Source: Escherichia coli (lineage in GTDB: Bacteria; Pseudomonadota; Gammaproteobacteria; Enterobacterales; Enterobacteriaceae). From it: a stretch of 64,000 bases of DNA. Shown one piece after another: positions 1 through 9,996 of this stretch (within the stretch, counting starts at the first letter, position 1; each line of letters begins with the position of its first letter). A program made the translations under genes and the position numbers. A model generated the notes under the pieces. It was not told the DNA's origin, did no database searches, and saw only the letters and a list, made by a program, of their open reading frames with translations. The DNA lies in assembly GCF_022846255.1 (NCBI RefSeq), contig NZ_AP025682.1; one strand, 5' to 3'.

Positions 1-245
1 TATTTATCCAGTTCGAACGGTTTTGCTGCCACGAAGCGACCCTCCTTCACCGTCGCGCGGATAGCCCCCCAGTGCGACCCGGTAAGAATGCCCTCTTTCG
101 AGATGACAGCCTCAGTCGCCGCTTGCGCCGCAGTCGCACGGCGCGGCGTTAACAATGACGGCCCCAGCATCCCGGCGACGGTTAAGCCGCCGAGTTGTGC
201 CAGAAAACGCCGACGTGATGCCTGAAAGAGATCGTTATTGTTCAT
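1..245 (-). CDS. torA: TMAO reductase catalytic subunit TorA, N-terminal fragment (gene continues beyond window start)
   Basis: Reverse strand from ATG at 243-245 reads MNNNDLFQASRRRFLAQLGG (twin-arginine signal); start overlaps torC stop as TAATG. Confidence 0.85.
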   Translation of the reverse strand, partial: MNNNDLFQASRRRFLAQLGGLTVAGMLGPSLLTPRRATAAQAATEAVISKEGILTGSHWGAIRATVKEGRFVAAKPFELDK

Positions 246-1417
246 TATTTTTCTTCCTTCTTATCGCCGTGAGCTTTACCTGCGGTGTCAGACGCATTCA
301 TTTGCAGATATTTCAACAAGGTGCGTTCTTCACGTTTATCGAGGCTGGTAAAGCCAATCATGCCGTTGAGCGTGCCGATCCAACCGTTAGCGTCAAAGTG
401 GGATATTTCCGGTGCGCCGTGGCACTGGTTACAGGTGCCGTTGTACAGCGAATCCGCATAAGCCCAGATCGGTTTGATATCGTTCACCATGTCGCCTTTC
501 TTCATCCACGCAGTGGCCTGCAACTTGCTCCACTCGGTATTGGTGTCGGCAACGGTGGTTTTCTCCAGTGTTTTCACCTGCTGCTGCACATCACCACGAA
601 TCGAGGCAACAAAGATGCGTTTACCTGGGAATTGGGTGAGTACACGCTGACGTCCTGCACTTTCCGTCCAGCCAGTGATTTCAATTTGCAGCCAGTCGCC
701 GTCACGTTTAAGGACTTTCACTTCCGAAGCAGGCAGCAGAGAACCAGACGCTTCTTTATCGCCTTTCGCCGCATAAATCGGCTTAATATCAATGGAGTAC
801 AGCGTGTCACCACTATCATTAGCACTGGCGCGCAGCTCATCGAACTGCTTACGGAAGCCACTACTCATATCCGGTAACTGGTGGGCAATACCTTTATGAC
901 AGTCGATGCAGGATTGATTATCTTTCGCTGCCACCTTCATCTGACGCGCCGCTTCAGGATGCTGCTTCGCATGATCCATCGCATCGTAGTTATGGCAGGA
1001 GCGGCAGGTTGCCGAGTTGTTTTCTTTCATTCGCGCCCATTCACGCTCGGCAAGTTCCGCGCGTTTGGCTTCAAATTTCTCAGGTGTATCAATGGAGTGG
1101 GCAATAAAGGTCTGGTAAATGTCGTTGCTCGCTTCCAGTTTGCGCTTCACCATGCCTGGAATATCCGGCGGGATATGACAGTCATGGCATTCAGCTCGCA
1201 CGCCGGAGGCGTTCTGGAAATGCACCGACTGTTTATATTCTTCATACACCGGTTGCATACTGTGGCAACTGACACAAAATTCGGTTGTGCTGGTGACTTT
1301 GATCCCAACGTGTGGCAATACAATCAGCGCAATGCCAATCACAATCCCAGTAGCGACCAGCGCCAGTACCGACCAACGAGCACTGGGTCGGCGTAGCGCG
1401 TTCCAGAGTTTCCGCAT
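245..1417 (-). CDS. torC: pentaheme c-type cytochrome TorC
   Basis: ORF 245..1465; product from internal Met MRKLWNALRR; five CxxCH motifs (CVSCH, CHDCH, CRSCH, CIDCH, CNQCH); matches recalled TorC. Confidence 0.93.
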   Translation of the reverse strand: MRKLWNALRRPSARWSVLALVATGIVIGIALIVLPHVGIKVTSTTEFCVSCHSMQPVYEEYKQSVHFQNASGVRAECHDCHIPPDIPGMVKRKLEASNDIYQTFIAHSIDTPEKFEAKRAELAEREWARMKENNSATCRSCHNYDAMDHAKQHPEAARQMKVAAKDNQSCIDCHKGIAHQLPDMSSGFRKQFDELRASANDSGDTLYSIDIKPIYAAKGDKEASGSLLPASEVKVLKRDGDWLQIEITGWTESAGRQRVLTQFPGKRIFVASIRGDVQQQVKTLEKTTVADTNTEWSKLQATAWMKKGDMVNDIKPIWAYADSLYNGTCNQCHGAPEISHFDANGWIGTLNGMIGFTSLDKREERTLLKYLQMNASDTAGKAHGDKKEEK

Positions 1418-1465
1418 AATAGCCCCTGTAAAATTATGGTTTAGTGAAGCGATCTTAATGAGCAA

Positions 1466-1528
1466 ATATGAACAGCGGCACTGGTCAGGATGAACGGCTT
1501 ACGGCAGAATATGAACAGATATGAACAG
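1466..1528 (-). promoter_or_regulatory. tor boxes (TorR binding repeats) in torR-torC intergenic region
   Basis: Three exact copies of ATATGAACAG (reverse complement CTGTTCATAT) at 1466, 1509, 1519 plus one degenerate copy near 1488. Confidence 0.7.
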
Positions 1529-1546
1529 AATGAGTAAAACCCTCTG

Positions 1547-2239
1547 ATGCCACATCACATTGTTATTGTTGAAGATGAGCCGGTTACCCAGGCGCGATTA
1601 CAATCTTACTTCACTCAGGAGGGGTATACCGTTTCCGTTACGGCGAGCGGTGCCGGGCTGCGGGAAATTATGCAGAATCAGCCGGTGGATTTGATTCTGC
1701 TGGATATCAATTTGCCCGATGAAAATGGCCTGATGTTAACCCGCGCCCTGCGAGAACGCTCAACGGTGGGGATTATTCTGGTTACCGGACGCAGCGATCG
1801 GATTGACCGTATTGTTGGGCTGGAAATGGGCGCAGACGATTACGTCACCAAACCGCTGGAGCTGCGCGAACTGGTGGTACGAGTGAAAAATTTGCTCTGG
1901 CGAATCGACCTCGCGCGACAGGCGCAACCGCACACTCAGGACAACTGCTATCGCTTTGCCGGTTATTGCCTGAATGTGTCGCGCCATACGCTGGAGCGGG
2001 ATGGAGAGCCGATTAAACTGACCCGCGCAGAGTATGAAATGCTGGTGGCGTTTGTGACCAATCCCGGCGAAATTCTCAGCCGTGAACGTCTGCTGCGTAT
2101 GCTCTCTGCGCGTCGGGTGGAAAACCCTGACCTGCGCACCGTCGATGTGTTAATTCGTCGTTTACGCCATAAACTCAGTGCAGATTTACTGGTGACACAA
2201 CATGGCGAAGGTTATTTCTTAGCCGCTGATGTGTGCTGA
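1547..2239 (+). CDS. torR: response regulator TorR (OmpR family)
   Basis: 230-aa ORF, receiver domain plus winged-helix output; matches recalled TorR; adjacent to torC and tor boxes. Confidence 0.93.
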   Translation: MPHHIVIVEDEPVTQARLQSYFTQEGYTVSVTASGAGLREIMQNQPVDLILLDINLPDENGLMLTRALRERSTVGIILVTGRSDRIDRIVGLEMGADDYVTKPLELRELVVRVKNLLWRIDLARQAQPHTQDNCYRFAGYCLNVSRHTLERDGEPIKLTRAEYEMLVAFVTNPGEILSRERLLRMLSARRVENPDLRTVDVLIRRLRHKLSADLLVTQHGEGYFLAADVC

Positions 2240-3240
2240 TAAAAATAGACCGGACGAAATCCCCCTGGTGACAGCGAGCGACGGATATGTTCGCGGTCGG
2301 CATTTTTCGGCGTCATGACTAAAATCGGTGGGCTGACATTATCAGACACCGATTGCCCCTGTAATTGCCTGATAGCCTGCTCAACCGCCAGTTCCCCCTG
2401 CCAGACCATTTGATCGCTGGCTGCCATAATCACTCTTCCCCGCTTCAACCCGCGATACACCTGATGTGAAAGATAAAACGACACCACGGTAAGCGGCGTT
2501 TTCAGGTTGCGCCCTTCCCCCATTGCCGCCTCTGCCGCAATGGCCGTTCCGGCAACGACGTCGATTTCTGGATGGCGTTCCAGCATCTCCTGCAACAGGT
2601 TACGCTGGATTTCAATATCGTTATCACCGAGCGCAATATCAACAATACGTACCGGGCTTCCGGCAATGGCTGCGCGAAAACCCTCTACCATCTCCTTACT
2701 GCCCCCGGCGTTATCGGGGCCGGGCATCAACAGCACGTTCAGTGGTTTACCGTGCGCCCATTGCACCAGATATCGCCCTGGTTGATAGCCCATCTGAAAC
2801 CAGGGCACACCAACGCGGCTTTTCACCTGGGGAGCATCAATAGCATTCACCAGTTCGATCACCGGCAGATTTGCTACCTGCTTTTGCAGATCGGGAAATG
2901 ACGTCGTGCTACTACCGAGCAAAATGGCCTCTGCGCCCCACTGTTTACATTGGTCGATTTGTGCTTGCTGGGTAGCCAACTGGCTGTAGCCGCCTGCCTC
3001 CAGCACTTTTAAATCCACACCGTAGCGGCGAGCAGCCTCCTGCATACCATAGTTCAACGATAACCAGTATGAATCTTTCAGGCTGGGATAAAGCGCGCAC
3101 AGTTTCCATGCGCGTTTGGCTTTAAGCGGCGTAGAGGCTTGCACCGTGTAATGCTGCGCATCATGCCAGCGCAACAGGTTATCAGCCGAAAATGCCGATA
3201 ACATGAAAAGGGAAAGAAGTAAAAATAGCAGTACGCGCAT
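2212..3240 (-). CDS. torT: periplasmic binding protein TorT
   Basis: 342-aa ORF with N-terminal signal peptide; matches recalled TorT; 3-prime end overlaps torR convergently. Confidence 0.92.
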   Translation of the reverse strand: MRVLLFLLLSLFMLSAFSADNLLRWHDAQHYTVQASTPLKAKRAWKLCALYPSLKDSYWLSLNYGMQEAARRYGVDLKVLEAGGYSQLATQQAQIDQCKQWGAEAILLGSSTTSFPDLQKQVANLPVIELVNAIDAPQVKSRVGVPWFQMGYQPGRYLVQWAHGKPLNVLLMPGPDNAGGSKEMVEGFRAAIAGSPVRIVDIALGDNDIEIQRNLLQEMLERHPEIDVVAGTAIAAEAAMGEGRNLKTPLTVVSFYLSHQVYRGLKRGRVIMAASDQMVWQGELAVEQAIRQLQGQSVSDNVSPPILVMTPKNADREHIRRSLSPGGFRPVYFYQHTSAAKK

Positions 3241-3293
3241 GATAGCCTCATCAATAATAAGGCTTTATGCTAGATGCATTCTGCTTTGCGACT

Positions 3294-3312
3294 CAACCTT
3301 TTTCACCTAAAG
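3294..3312. other. att core copy at b-region end of prophage (attR-type junction)
   Basis: CAACCTTTTTCACCTAAAG; shares TTCACCTAAAG with copy at 52373..52390. Confidence 0.6.
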
Positions 3313-3455
3313 GATGACAAAATCACATAAATAATTTAAAAATCATAGCATTAGATTACTTAATGATTAAATAATAGACTGCAAAACGCGACAAAACACA
3401 ACATATCCAGTCACTATGAATCAACTACTTAGATGGTATTAGTGACCTGTAGCAG
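3313..3455. promoter_or_regulatory. Int arm-type binding sites (P arm of att)
   Basis: CAGTCACTAT at 3408..3417 and inverted CAGGTCACTAAT at 3438..3449; the stretch reads as near-verbatim lambda attP P-arm as recalled. Confidence 0.6.
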
Positions 3456-3766
3456 AGCATTAGCGCAAGGTGATTTTTGTCTTCTTGCGCTAATTTTTTG
3501 TCATCAAACCTGTCGCACTCCAGAGAAGCGCAACGCCTCGCAATCCAGTGCAAAGCTTTGCGTGCCCCCACTACGACCTGCATAACCAGTAAGAAGATAG
3601 CAGTGATGTCAAACGACGCAGCTGACTTCTTTTCTTTCACGACTTCCCCACACCCAGCATGCATACCTTTCTGCCATAACTGTAGTGAATGTCTGCTATG
3701 AGCGAGGAGTGATCATTAGCCTCTCAGCCGGATGCCTTAGAGTACGCCAGAAATAAAAGGATTGCG

Positions 3767-4960
3767 CTACTGCGCCTTCCTGTTTTGACGGGATGTGGCA
3801 TATGTCATCGCTACCGCTCCCAGAAGTAACAAACCACTTAAACCAAAAGCACTTCTCCATCCCAGACTGTCGAATACCAGACCTCCAGCTGTTGAACCAA
3901 GTGCAATAAATAACTGAATCACCGCAACCATGAGGCCTCCCCCCGTCTCTGCATCTTCGGGTAACGCGCGTGCTATCCATGTCCACCACCCCGTTGGCGC
4001 AGCTGTCGCAAGTAGCCCCCACAGGCTGAGTAGAACGGCAACAGCCCAGATATGGTGTCCGACCAGCAGTAGCGCACCGGTAATCGCTGCCATAAGCAAC
4101 GGGATCATGATTAAGGTCTTATAAAATGTGGTGTTCAGGAATGTTGAGACGATCATTGTGCCGACAAAACCTGCTACGCCTATTGCGAGCAAAATCAGAG
4201 AAAGATCAGAAGGTCCCACTCTGGTGACGCTCTCCAGAAAGGGGCGCACGTAGGTAAATAAAGCAAACTGTCCCATAAAGAAGAGTCCGCAGGCCAGCAG
4301 TCCCGTTGGTACGATGGCAACGCTGAACAGGCGAAGCACAGATCTCTGTGGCTTTTGTGTTTTATCACTTTCCATCGGAGGCAGACTGACCCATTGCCAG
4401 ATGAACGCAGCTATCGCAAGGGGGACCAGACATAAAAAGGCCCCACGCCAACCGATGGTTGTCCCCAGATAGCTACCAAGCGGCGCTGCTACAACGGTGG
4501 CCAGCGCGTTGCCGCCGTTAAAAATTGCCAGTGCGCGGGAAACCTGGTGCTGCGGCACGAGCCGAATGGCGGTTGCAGCCGACATTGACCAGAACCCTCC
4601 GATGACAACACCAATCAGAGCCCTCCCCAGCATATAAATCGGATAGTCAGGTGCTATAGTGATAATTATTCCCGATATGGCCATTAAGACCGTCAGTCCT
4701 AGCAAAAGATATTTTCGATCCAGGTCTCCGACAATACGGGAGATAGTCAGACTGGTAAGCACCGCCAGCGCACCAGAGACAGCAATTCCTTGCCCTGCCA
4801 GCCCTTCGGTAACGTGCAAATCATGGGCAATGAGCGTAAGCAGGCTGACTGGCATAAACTCAGAAGCGATCAGCACAAACACGCAAAGCGTCATGGCGAA
4901 TACGCCGCTCCAGTATGCATGCGTTTTTCCGTATGATTGTTTGAGACTTACAGTGGACAT
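3767..4960 (-). CDS. MFS-family transporter (12-TM efflux/permease type)
   Basis: 397-aa ORF, highly hydrophobic with MFS-like organisation; specific substrate not assignable. Confidence 0.7.
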   Translation of the reverse strand: MSTVSLKQSYGKTHAYWSGVFAMTLCVFVLIASEFMPVSLLTLIAHDLHVTEGLAGQGIAVSGALAVLTSLTISRIVGDLDRKYLLLGLTVLMAISGIIITIAPDYPIYMLGRALIGVVIGGFWSMSAATAIRLVPQHQVSRALAIFNGGNALATVVAAPLGSYLGTTIGWRGAFLCLVPLAIAAFIWQWVSLPPMESDKTQKPQRSVLRLFSVAIVPTGLLACGLFFMGQFALFTYVRPFLESVTRVGPSDLSLILLAIGVAGFVGTMIVSTFLNTTFYKTLIMIPLLMAAITGALLLVGHHIWAVAVLLSLWGLLATAAPTGWWTWIARALPEDAETGGGLMVAVIQLFIALGSTAGGLVFDSLGWRSAFGLSGLLLLGAVAMTYATSRQNRKAQ

Positions 4961-5137
4961 TATTAGCCCCCCTTAATATCGAACCAGCCAGATTCAGGCG
5001 CAGTCGGGTCAGAAGTTATTCAGGGAATAACGACATAATAGTTGGGTGAGAATAGAGGGCGATGCGGCATATTCTGCATCACACCAGACAGTTAAAAGCC
5101 ACCCGTTTACGACAGGTGGCCTGGTAAACCTTTCGGG

Positions 5138-6289
5138 TTATCTTAAGTTTGCCTTGAAAAATTGCTCAAATTTGGCAAATGGGATCTTACCCGCAACGTT
5201 GTCGTACAGATCAACATGGTTTGCCCCGGGGACAATCACTAACTCTTTCTCTTTGCTGCCGATTGCCTTAAAGGCATCTTCAGCAAAATAGCGTGAATGG
5301 GCTTTTTCACCGGTCACGATGAGTGTAGGGATAGTAACTTCATTAGCATAACTCAGCAGCGGCATATTCATAAATGACAGCGGCATGGTTGCATTCCAAG
5401 CACTGGTTGAGTTGACCGAACGCGCATGGAAACCACGCGGCATGCGGTAATAATCAAAGAACTCTTTCAATACCGGATTTGGATTCGCTGGCAGAGTTTC
5501 CGGCAAAATACGATCGGAAGCGGTGACGTTGCCCTTCTCATCAACGTAAATATCATGCCCGCCTGGCGCGAAAGCGCCATTTTCAGCATCCTTCCAGCGC
5601 TGCATGTTCAGATACTGCAATACGGCACGACGATCGGCAGTGGTGTAGCGGTCTTTGCCATCGCCCACGCCATGCCCCATTGCACGGCTCATGTCATACA
5701 TCACGCTGCTCGCCACCGCCTTGACACGTGTGTCCATCGCGGCGTCGTTTAAGGCCATGCCACCCCATCCGCAGATGCCGAGCAACCCGATACGGTTGCG
5801 ATCCACCTCTTTTTGCAGGCCTAAGAAATCAACCGCCGCGCTGAAATCCTCGGTGTTGATATCCGGAGATGCGACGTTTCGCGGGTAGCCGCCGCTTTCA
5901 CCCGTGTATGAAGGGTCAAAAGCCAGAGTGACAAACCCCCGTTCAGCCAGCGTCTGCGCATACAGGCCACTGGATTGCTCTTTCACCGCCCCGAAGGGGC
6001 CACTAACAGCAATAGCTGCCAGCTTGCGATCGCCACGATCCTTCGGTATATAGAGATCCCCGACTAAGGTGATCCCGTACCGGTTCGGAAAGGTCACCTT
6101 ACGGTGATCAACTTTCGTGCTCTCAGCAAACGTTTTATCCCATTTCTCGACCTGCGAAACGGGCGCGTTCGGATTGGTTGTATCAGCGTAACTCATATTT
6201 GTGACTCCATTTAATGATACGCATAACAGCATGGCGGGTATCGCAGCTGTCAATTTTTGGGTGAAAGCAGTCATCAAAATTCCCCTCAT
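5138..6289 (-). CDS. secreted alpha/beta-hydrolase fold protein (dienelactone hydrolase / CocE-like)
   Basis: 383-aa ORF with signal-peptide-like N-terminus and GICGWGG nucleophile-elbow-like motif; family call from motif only. Confidence 0.5.
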   Translation of the reverse strand: MRGILMTAFTQKLTAAIPAMLLCVSLNGVTNMSYADTTNPNAPVSQVEKWDKTFAESTKVDHRKVTFPNRYGITLVGDLYIPKDRGDRKLAAIAVSGPFGAVKEQSSGLYAQTLAERGFVTLAFDPSYTGESGGYPRNVASPDINTEDFSAAVDFLGLQKEVDRNRIGLLGICGWGGMALNDAAMDTRVKAVASSVMYDMSRAMGHGVGDGKDRYTTADRRAVLQYLNMQRWKDAENGAFAPGGHDIYVDEKGNVTASDRILPETLPANPNPVLKEFFDYYRMPRGFHARSVNSTSAWNATMPLSFMNMPLLSYANEVTIPTLIVTGEKAHSRYFAEDAFKAIGSKEKELVIVPGANHVDLYDNVAGKIPFAKFEQFFKANLR

Positions 6290-6444
6290 AAAATGTGCCA
6301 GATACTGGTTTCAGACGGATAACACTGCTGTGCTTTGTTGCAACGTGCACATTATAGTTAGCATTAATAGTGCTAATTAGAGGGTAAAAAATGCTAAGAT
6401 TAATAACATATTGTTCTTAATCGTGATGCAGCAGCAGAGGAAGG

Positions 6445-7332
6445 ATGATGGCGAAACGGGAAAACTATAACGATCTCTATCTGTTTATGAAGGTCGTGCG
6501 AGAAGGGAGTTTTACCGCCGCCGCGCAGAGGCTTGGCCTGGCGCAGTCAGGAATTAGCCGTGCAGTGCGCGAGCTGGAAGAGCGACTGGGCGTGCAGCTT
6601 CTAGTACGCACCACGCGCAAGTTATCGCTCACCCATGCCGGCGAGTTATTCTATCGAAACGTCGAATCTGGATTTGACGCCTTAGATATGGGGCTTGCCA
6701 CGCTGGCCCATTATCGCCATACACCATCGGGTACGGTCCGAATTAATGCGAGCCAGCATGCCATTGATAAAGTGCTTCTGCCGAAGCTGGCGGTGTTTAA
6801 ACAACGATACCCGGATATTCGGCTGGAGCTCATCAGCGAAAGCCGGTTTGTCGATATTATTACTGAGCGCTTCGATGCCGGTATACGTCTGGGCTCGGAA
6901 GTGGATAGCGGTATGGTTGCGGTGCGCATTTCGCCCGATATGGAGATGGCCGTTGTCGGCACACCCGAGCACTTTCGTCGCTACGGATTTCCGCAAACCC
7001 CCACCGATTTAGTGGGTCATCCCTGCATCGCTTACCAGTTCGGCGACGGCAGCCTGTATGCCTGGGAACTCAATCAGGACGGTAAAAAGATCACCCATCA
7101 GCCTCAGGGACAATGGGCCTTTGCTGACAGTTATATGGAAGCCAAAGCCGCGAGGCTAGGTCTGGGACTGGCTTATGTTCCGGAGGAATTGGTGTCTGAT
7201 GATATAGAACAGGGGGCGCTGATCAGAGTTTTGCAATGCTACAGCCAACGCCTGGCAGGTTCATATATCTATTATCCGCACAGAAATGTGTCACCCGCTC
7301 TACGAGCGGTTATCGATACATTGAGAATTTAA
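6445..7332 (+). CDS. LysR-family transcriptional regulator
   Basis: 295-aa ORF with N-terminal HTH (FTAAAQRLGLAQSGISRAVRELE) and LysR substrate-binding region; divergent from hydrolase-MFS pair. Confidence 0.85.
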   Translation: MMAKRENYNDLYLFMKVVREGSFTAAAQRLGLAQSGISRAVRELEERLGVQLLVRTTRKLSLTHAGELFYRNVESGFDALDMGLATLAHYRHTPSGTVRINASQHAIDKVLLPKLAVFKQRYPDIRLELISESRFVDIITERFDAGIRLGSEVDSGMVAVRISPDMEMAVVGTPEHFRRYGFPQTPTDLVGHPCIAYQFGDGSLYAWELNQDGKKITHQPQGQWAFADSYMEAKAARLGLGLAYVPEELVSDDIEQGALIRVLQCYSQRLAGSYIYYPHRNVSPALRAVIDTLRI

Positions 7333-8217
7333 GGGATGAAGATGAGATGATTCGCAGGCCTGGGTAATAGTTGGAAAACAACGTCCGTTCCTGGCACAGA
7401 GCAGACCATCGGACTAAACTGAAGGTCCTCTCTGTGCGAGAAACGGAAGTTAGCAATTGTGATACAGACGTGGGGCATTACTCGCTTTACAGTGTGTTAA
7501 TCAATTGGAAACAGGTCAGAATTTATTGGGTGGAATGACACCTTTAAACTTCTTGCGCATCGCAAGGAATATCTCCACCAGACGGTAAGACAGTAGATTG
7601 CGCCACAAGTCCTCAGAATGCCCTTTGCTGGGTTAACCACACGTCGTAATCATCCTTCCAGTGCAGCGGATCAAGATCCGTAATGCTCATAGTCACGCGA
7701 TTTCAAATACAAGCCCAGTGGTGTTATCCGTGAGCTGGACAGTGCTTCCGGCAACATGACTGAGACAGACAAAAAATCAGTTAGTACAGCATTGACTCAG
7801 GTTGAGCAGGAGTTAAAACAAACTGGGCTGGAGCAGTAGAAGCCTGCAGTGAATTCCCTGAATCAGGCGATTAAGTTGGCTTAAGAGTCCGTGTATGCCA
7901 TGTGCCGCGAGATGTCGTGCTATACGTGAAAGTCAGCGATATATATCGTTTTGAAGATGATTTAGGTTACGGGAGTGTCTCTGGGTGATGTATTACTTCA
8001 TCGACATCGGCTACGCACGGGTTGCCGCGATGCAGCGGATGGAAGCTGTCTGGGAAAAGAAAGCTCCGCTTGCTAATATTAGTACATCCGATGAAAAATC
8101 GTGTGTGAAAGTTGCAGATTCGTAATATACTAATGAAGAATGGAGATGTATTTTATATAATAAAAACATCTAAGTAGAGCTTTTTATTTTAAATCCTTCA
8201 TTATTACTGGAGATTTT

Positions 8218-9996
8218 ATGGGTTTTTATAATGACGCACTGAGTAAAATATATAGTGAAGATGATGATTTCCTAATTATAGGATTAACAGGGAGGACGGG
8301 GTCAGGCTGTTCAACAGTTTCTAATATACTGTCATCAGAATCAAGTGAGATAAAGCATTCTCTATTTAACGGTGATTACCCTAAGTCGAATGAAGAAAGA
8401 AAAGAGCGGGTTCTATTTAAATATTTTTCCGTGTCATGGGTTCCATTTATAAAGATACAAGCAAGTTCCATACTGACATTGTGTTTATCAAAGGACTTTG
8501 ATGGTAAGCTGAATAAATTTATTCGGGAAGTGACGGAGTTAGGTAATGACCAAAGAATCCTAGAGTCAACAGTTAATGATCTTGAATCTATACTAAAAGA
8601 AATTAAAGCTAAAGATGAAAGCTCTGATCATGATATAGATGATAAGATAAAATTCATAAATGAATATCTAATAAAAGCGAATACACAAATTAAATCCATA
8701 TTTAAGAACAAGGCTGACTATATAAAACTATATCAAGCTATAGGTAATAATTATAGATCTAGTGGGATGTACCATGACAGTTCATTTAGTGATGATTTCC
8801 ATGGTTTTTTTCTTCCTAAAAAAATAAATGATATAATTCAAAGATTAAGAACCTTAGCAAAAGAAAAGAACACAAAAACTGGAGAAAAGAAACCTATTTA
8901 TATAGTTATTGATGCTATAAGAAATCCGTTCGAAGCAACATACTTCCAAGATAGATACTCATCATTTTATTTAATGGCTGTTTCTACAGAAGAGCATTAC
9001 AGGCATCAAAGGCTTAGAGAACAAGGTTTAACTGATGCTGAGATAAAAGATATTGATGCAAAAGAATACCGTAAATCATCTTTGGATGAGAAGTCATCAT
9101 ATATATATCAGAATATACAGTCTTGTTTAGAAATATCAGACATCTATGTTGAGAATCCGGAAGAGGAAAATGTTGTTTGTCGGTACTCAGGATTGGCTAA
9201 TCAATTAATTAAATTCACTTCATTAATGAAGCGTCCCGGTATAATAACTCCATCAAATGTTGAACGTTGCATGCAGATAGCATATACAGCTAAGTTGAAC
9301 TCTGGTTGTATATCCAGGCAGGTAGGCGCTGCAGTATCTGATAGTTCATTTTCAATTAAGTCTATTGGTTGGAATGATGTACCAAGTGGTCAAGTTCCTT
9401 GCTCTTTAAGGGATAGGTTTGATTTGTCTGAGGGGATTGATGATATTGCTTACTCTGAATTCGAAAAGAACGAAAATAGTTTCATTCGAAAAATAGATAG
9501 CACTAAGATTATTTTTTTAGATGTTAAAAATAAAGGAATGAGAGCTCCATTTTGTTTTAAAACAGAATGGAATAATATCCTTGATGATAAATACAAAGAA
9601 GATCTACGGGTCGAGCATAAGTTAAATGATGATGAGTTTGCTATTATTGACAAAATAAAGTCTAACGCTAATCAAGTTTTTACAAGATCACTTCATGCTG
9701 AAGAGAATGCTTTCTTACAAATATCTAAGTATGGTGGCGTTGGTATACAGAATGGTTTTTTGTTCACAACAGCAAGCCCTTGTGAATTATGTTCTAAAAA
9801 AGCGTATCAATTAGGGATCAAACAAATATATTACATAGATCCATACCCTGGTATAGCAATGAGGAATATTTTAAACGCAGGGAGCAATAAACCATTGCTT
9901 AAGCTTTTCAATGGTGCAATAGGTAAGGCATTCCATAATTTTTACACGCCAAGAATGGCTTATAAAGATGAGCTTTCAGCAAGATCTAGGGGGTGA
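8218..9996 (+). CDS. P-loop kinase-like / cytidine-dCMP deaminase fusion protein; candidate deoxynucleotide-depleting antiphage defence protein (DCD/AvcD-like)
   Basis: 592-aa ORF, very AT-rich versus surroundings; N-terminal P-loop-like GLTGRTGSGCST; C-terminal deaminase zinc motifs HAEENA and PCELC; SD GGAG upstream of ATG. Confidence 0.6.
   Translation: MGFYNDALSKIYSEDDDFLIIGLTGRTGSGCSTVSNILSSESSEIKHSLFNGDYPKSNEERKERVLFKYFSVSWVPFIKIQASSILTLCLSKDFDGKLNKFIREVTELGNDQRILESTVNDLESILKEIKAKDESSDHDIDDKIKFINEYLIKANTQIKSIFKNKADYIKLYQAIGNNYRSSGMYHDSSFSDDFHGFFLPKKINDIIQRLRTLAKEKNTKTGEKKPIYIVIDAIRNPFEATYFQDRYSSFYLMAVSTEEHYRHQRLREQGLTDAEIKDIDAKEYRKSSLDEKSSYIYQNIQSCLEISDIYVENPEEENVVCRYSGLANQLIKFTSLMKRPGIITPSNVERCMQIAYTAKLNSGCISRQVGAAVSDSSFSIKSIGWNDVPSGQVPCSLRDRFDLSEGIDDIAYSEFEKNENSFIRKIDSTKIIFLDVKNKGMRAPFCFKTEWNNILDDKYKEDLRVEHKLNDDEFAIIDKIKSNANQVFTRSLHAEENAFLQISKYGGVGIQNGFLFTTASPCELCSKKAYQLGIKQIYYIDPYPGIAMRNILNAGSNKPLLKLFNGAIGKAFHNFYTPRMAYKDELSARSRG

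Noticed and set aside
155..877. 240-aa ORF on + strand
   Set aside because: Entirely antisense to torC, which is strongly supported; no independent signal.
2507..2901. Three overlapping ~100-aa + strand ORFs
   Set aside because: Antisense to torT; Ala/Arg/Pro-rich translations typical of high-GC antisense frames.
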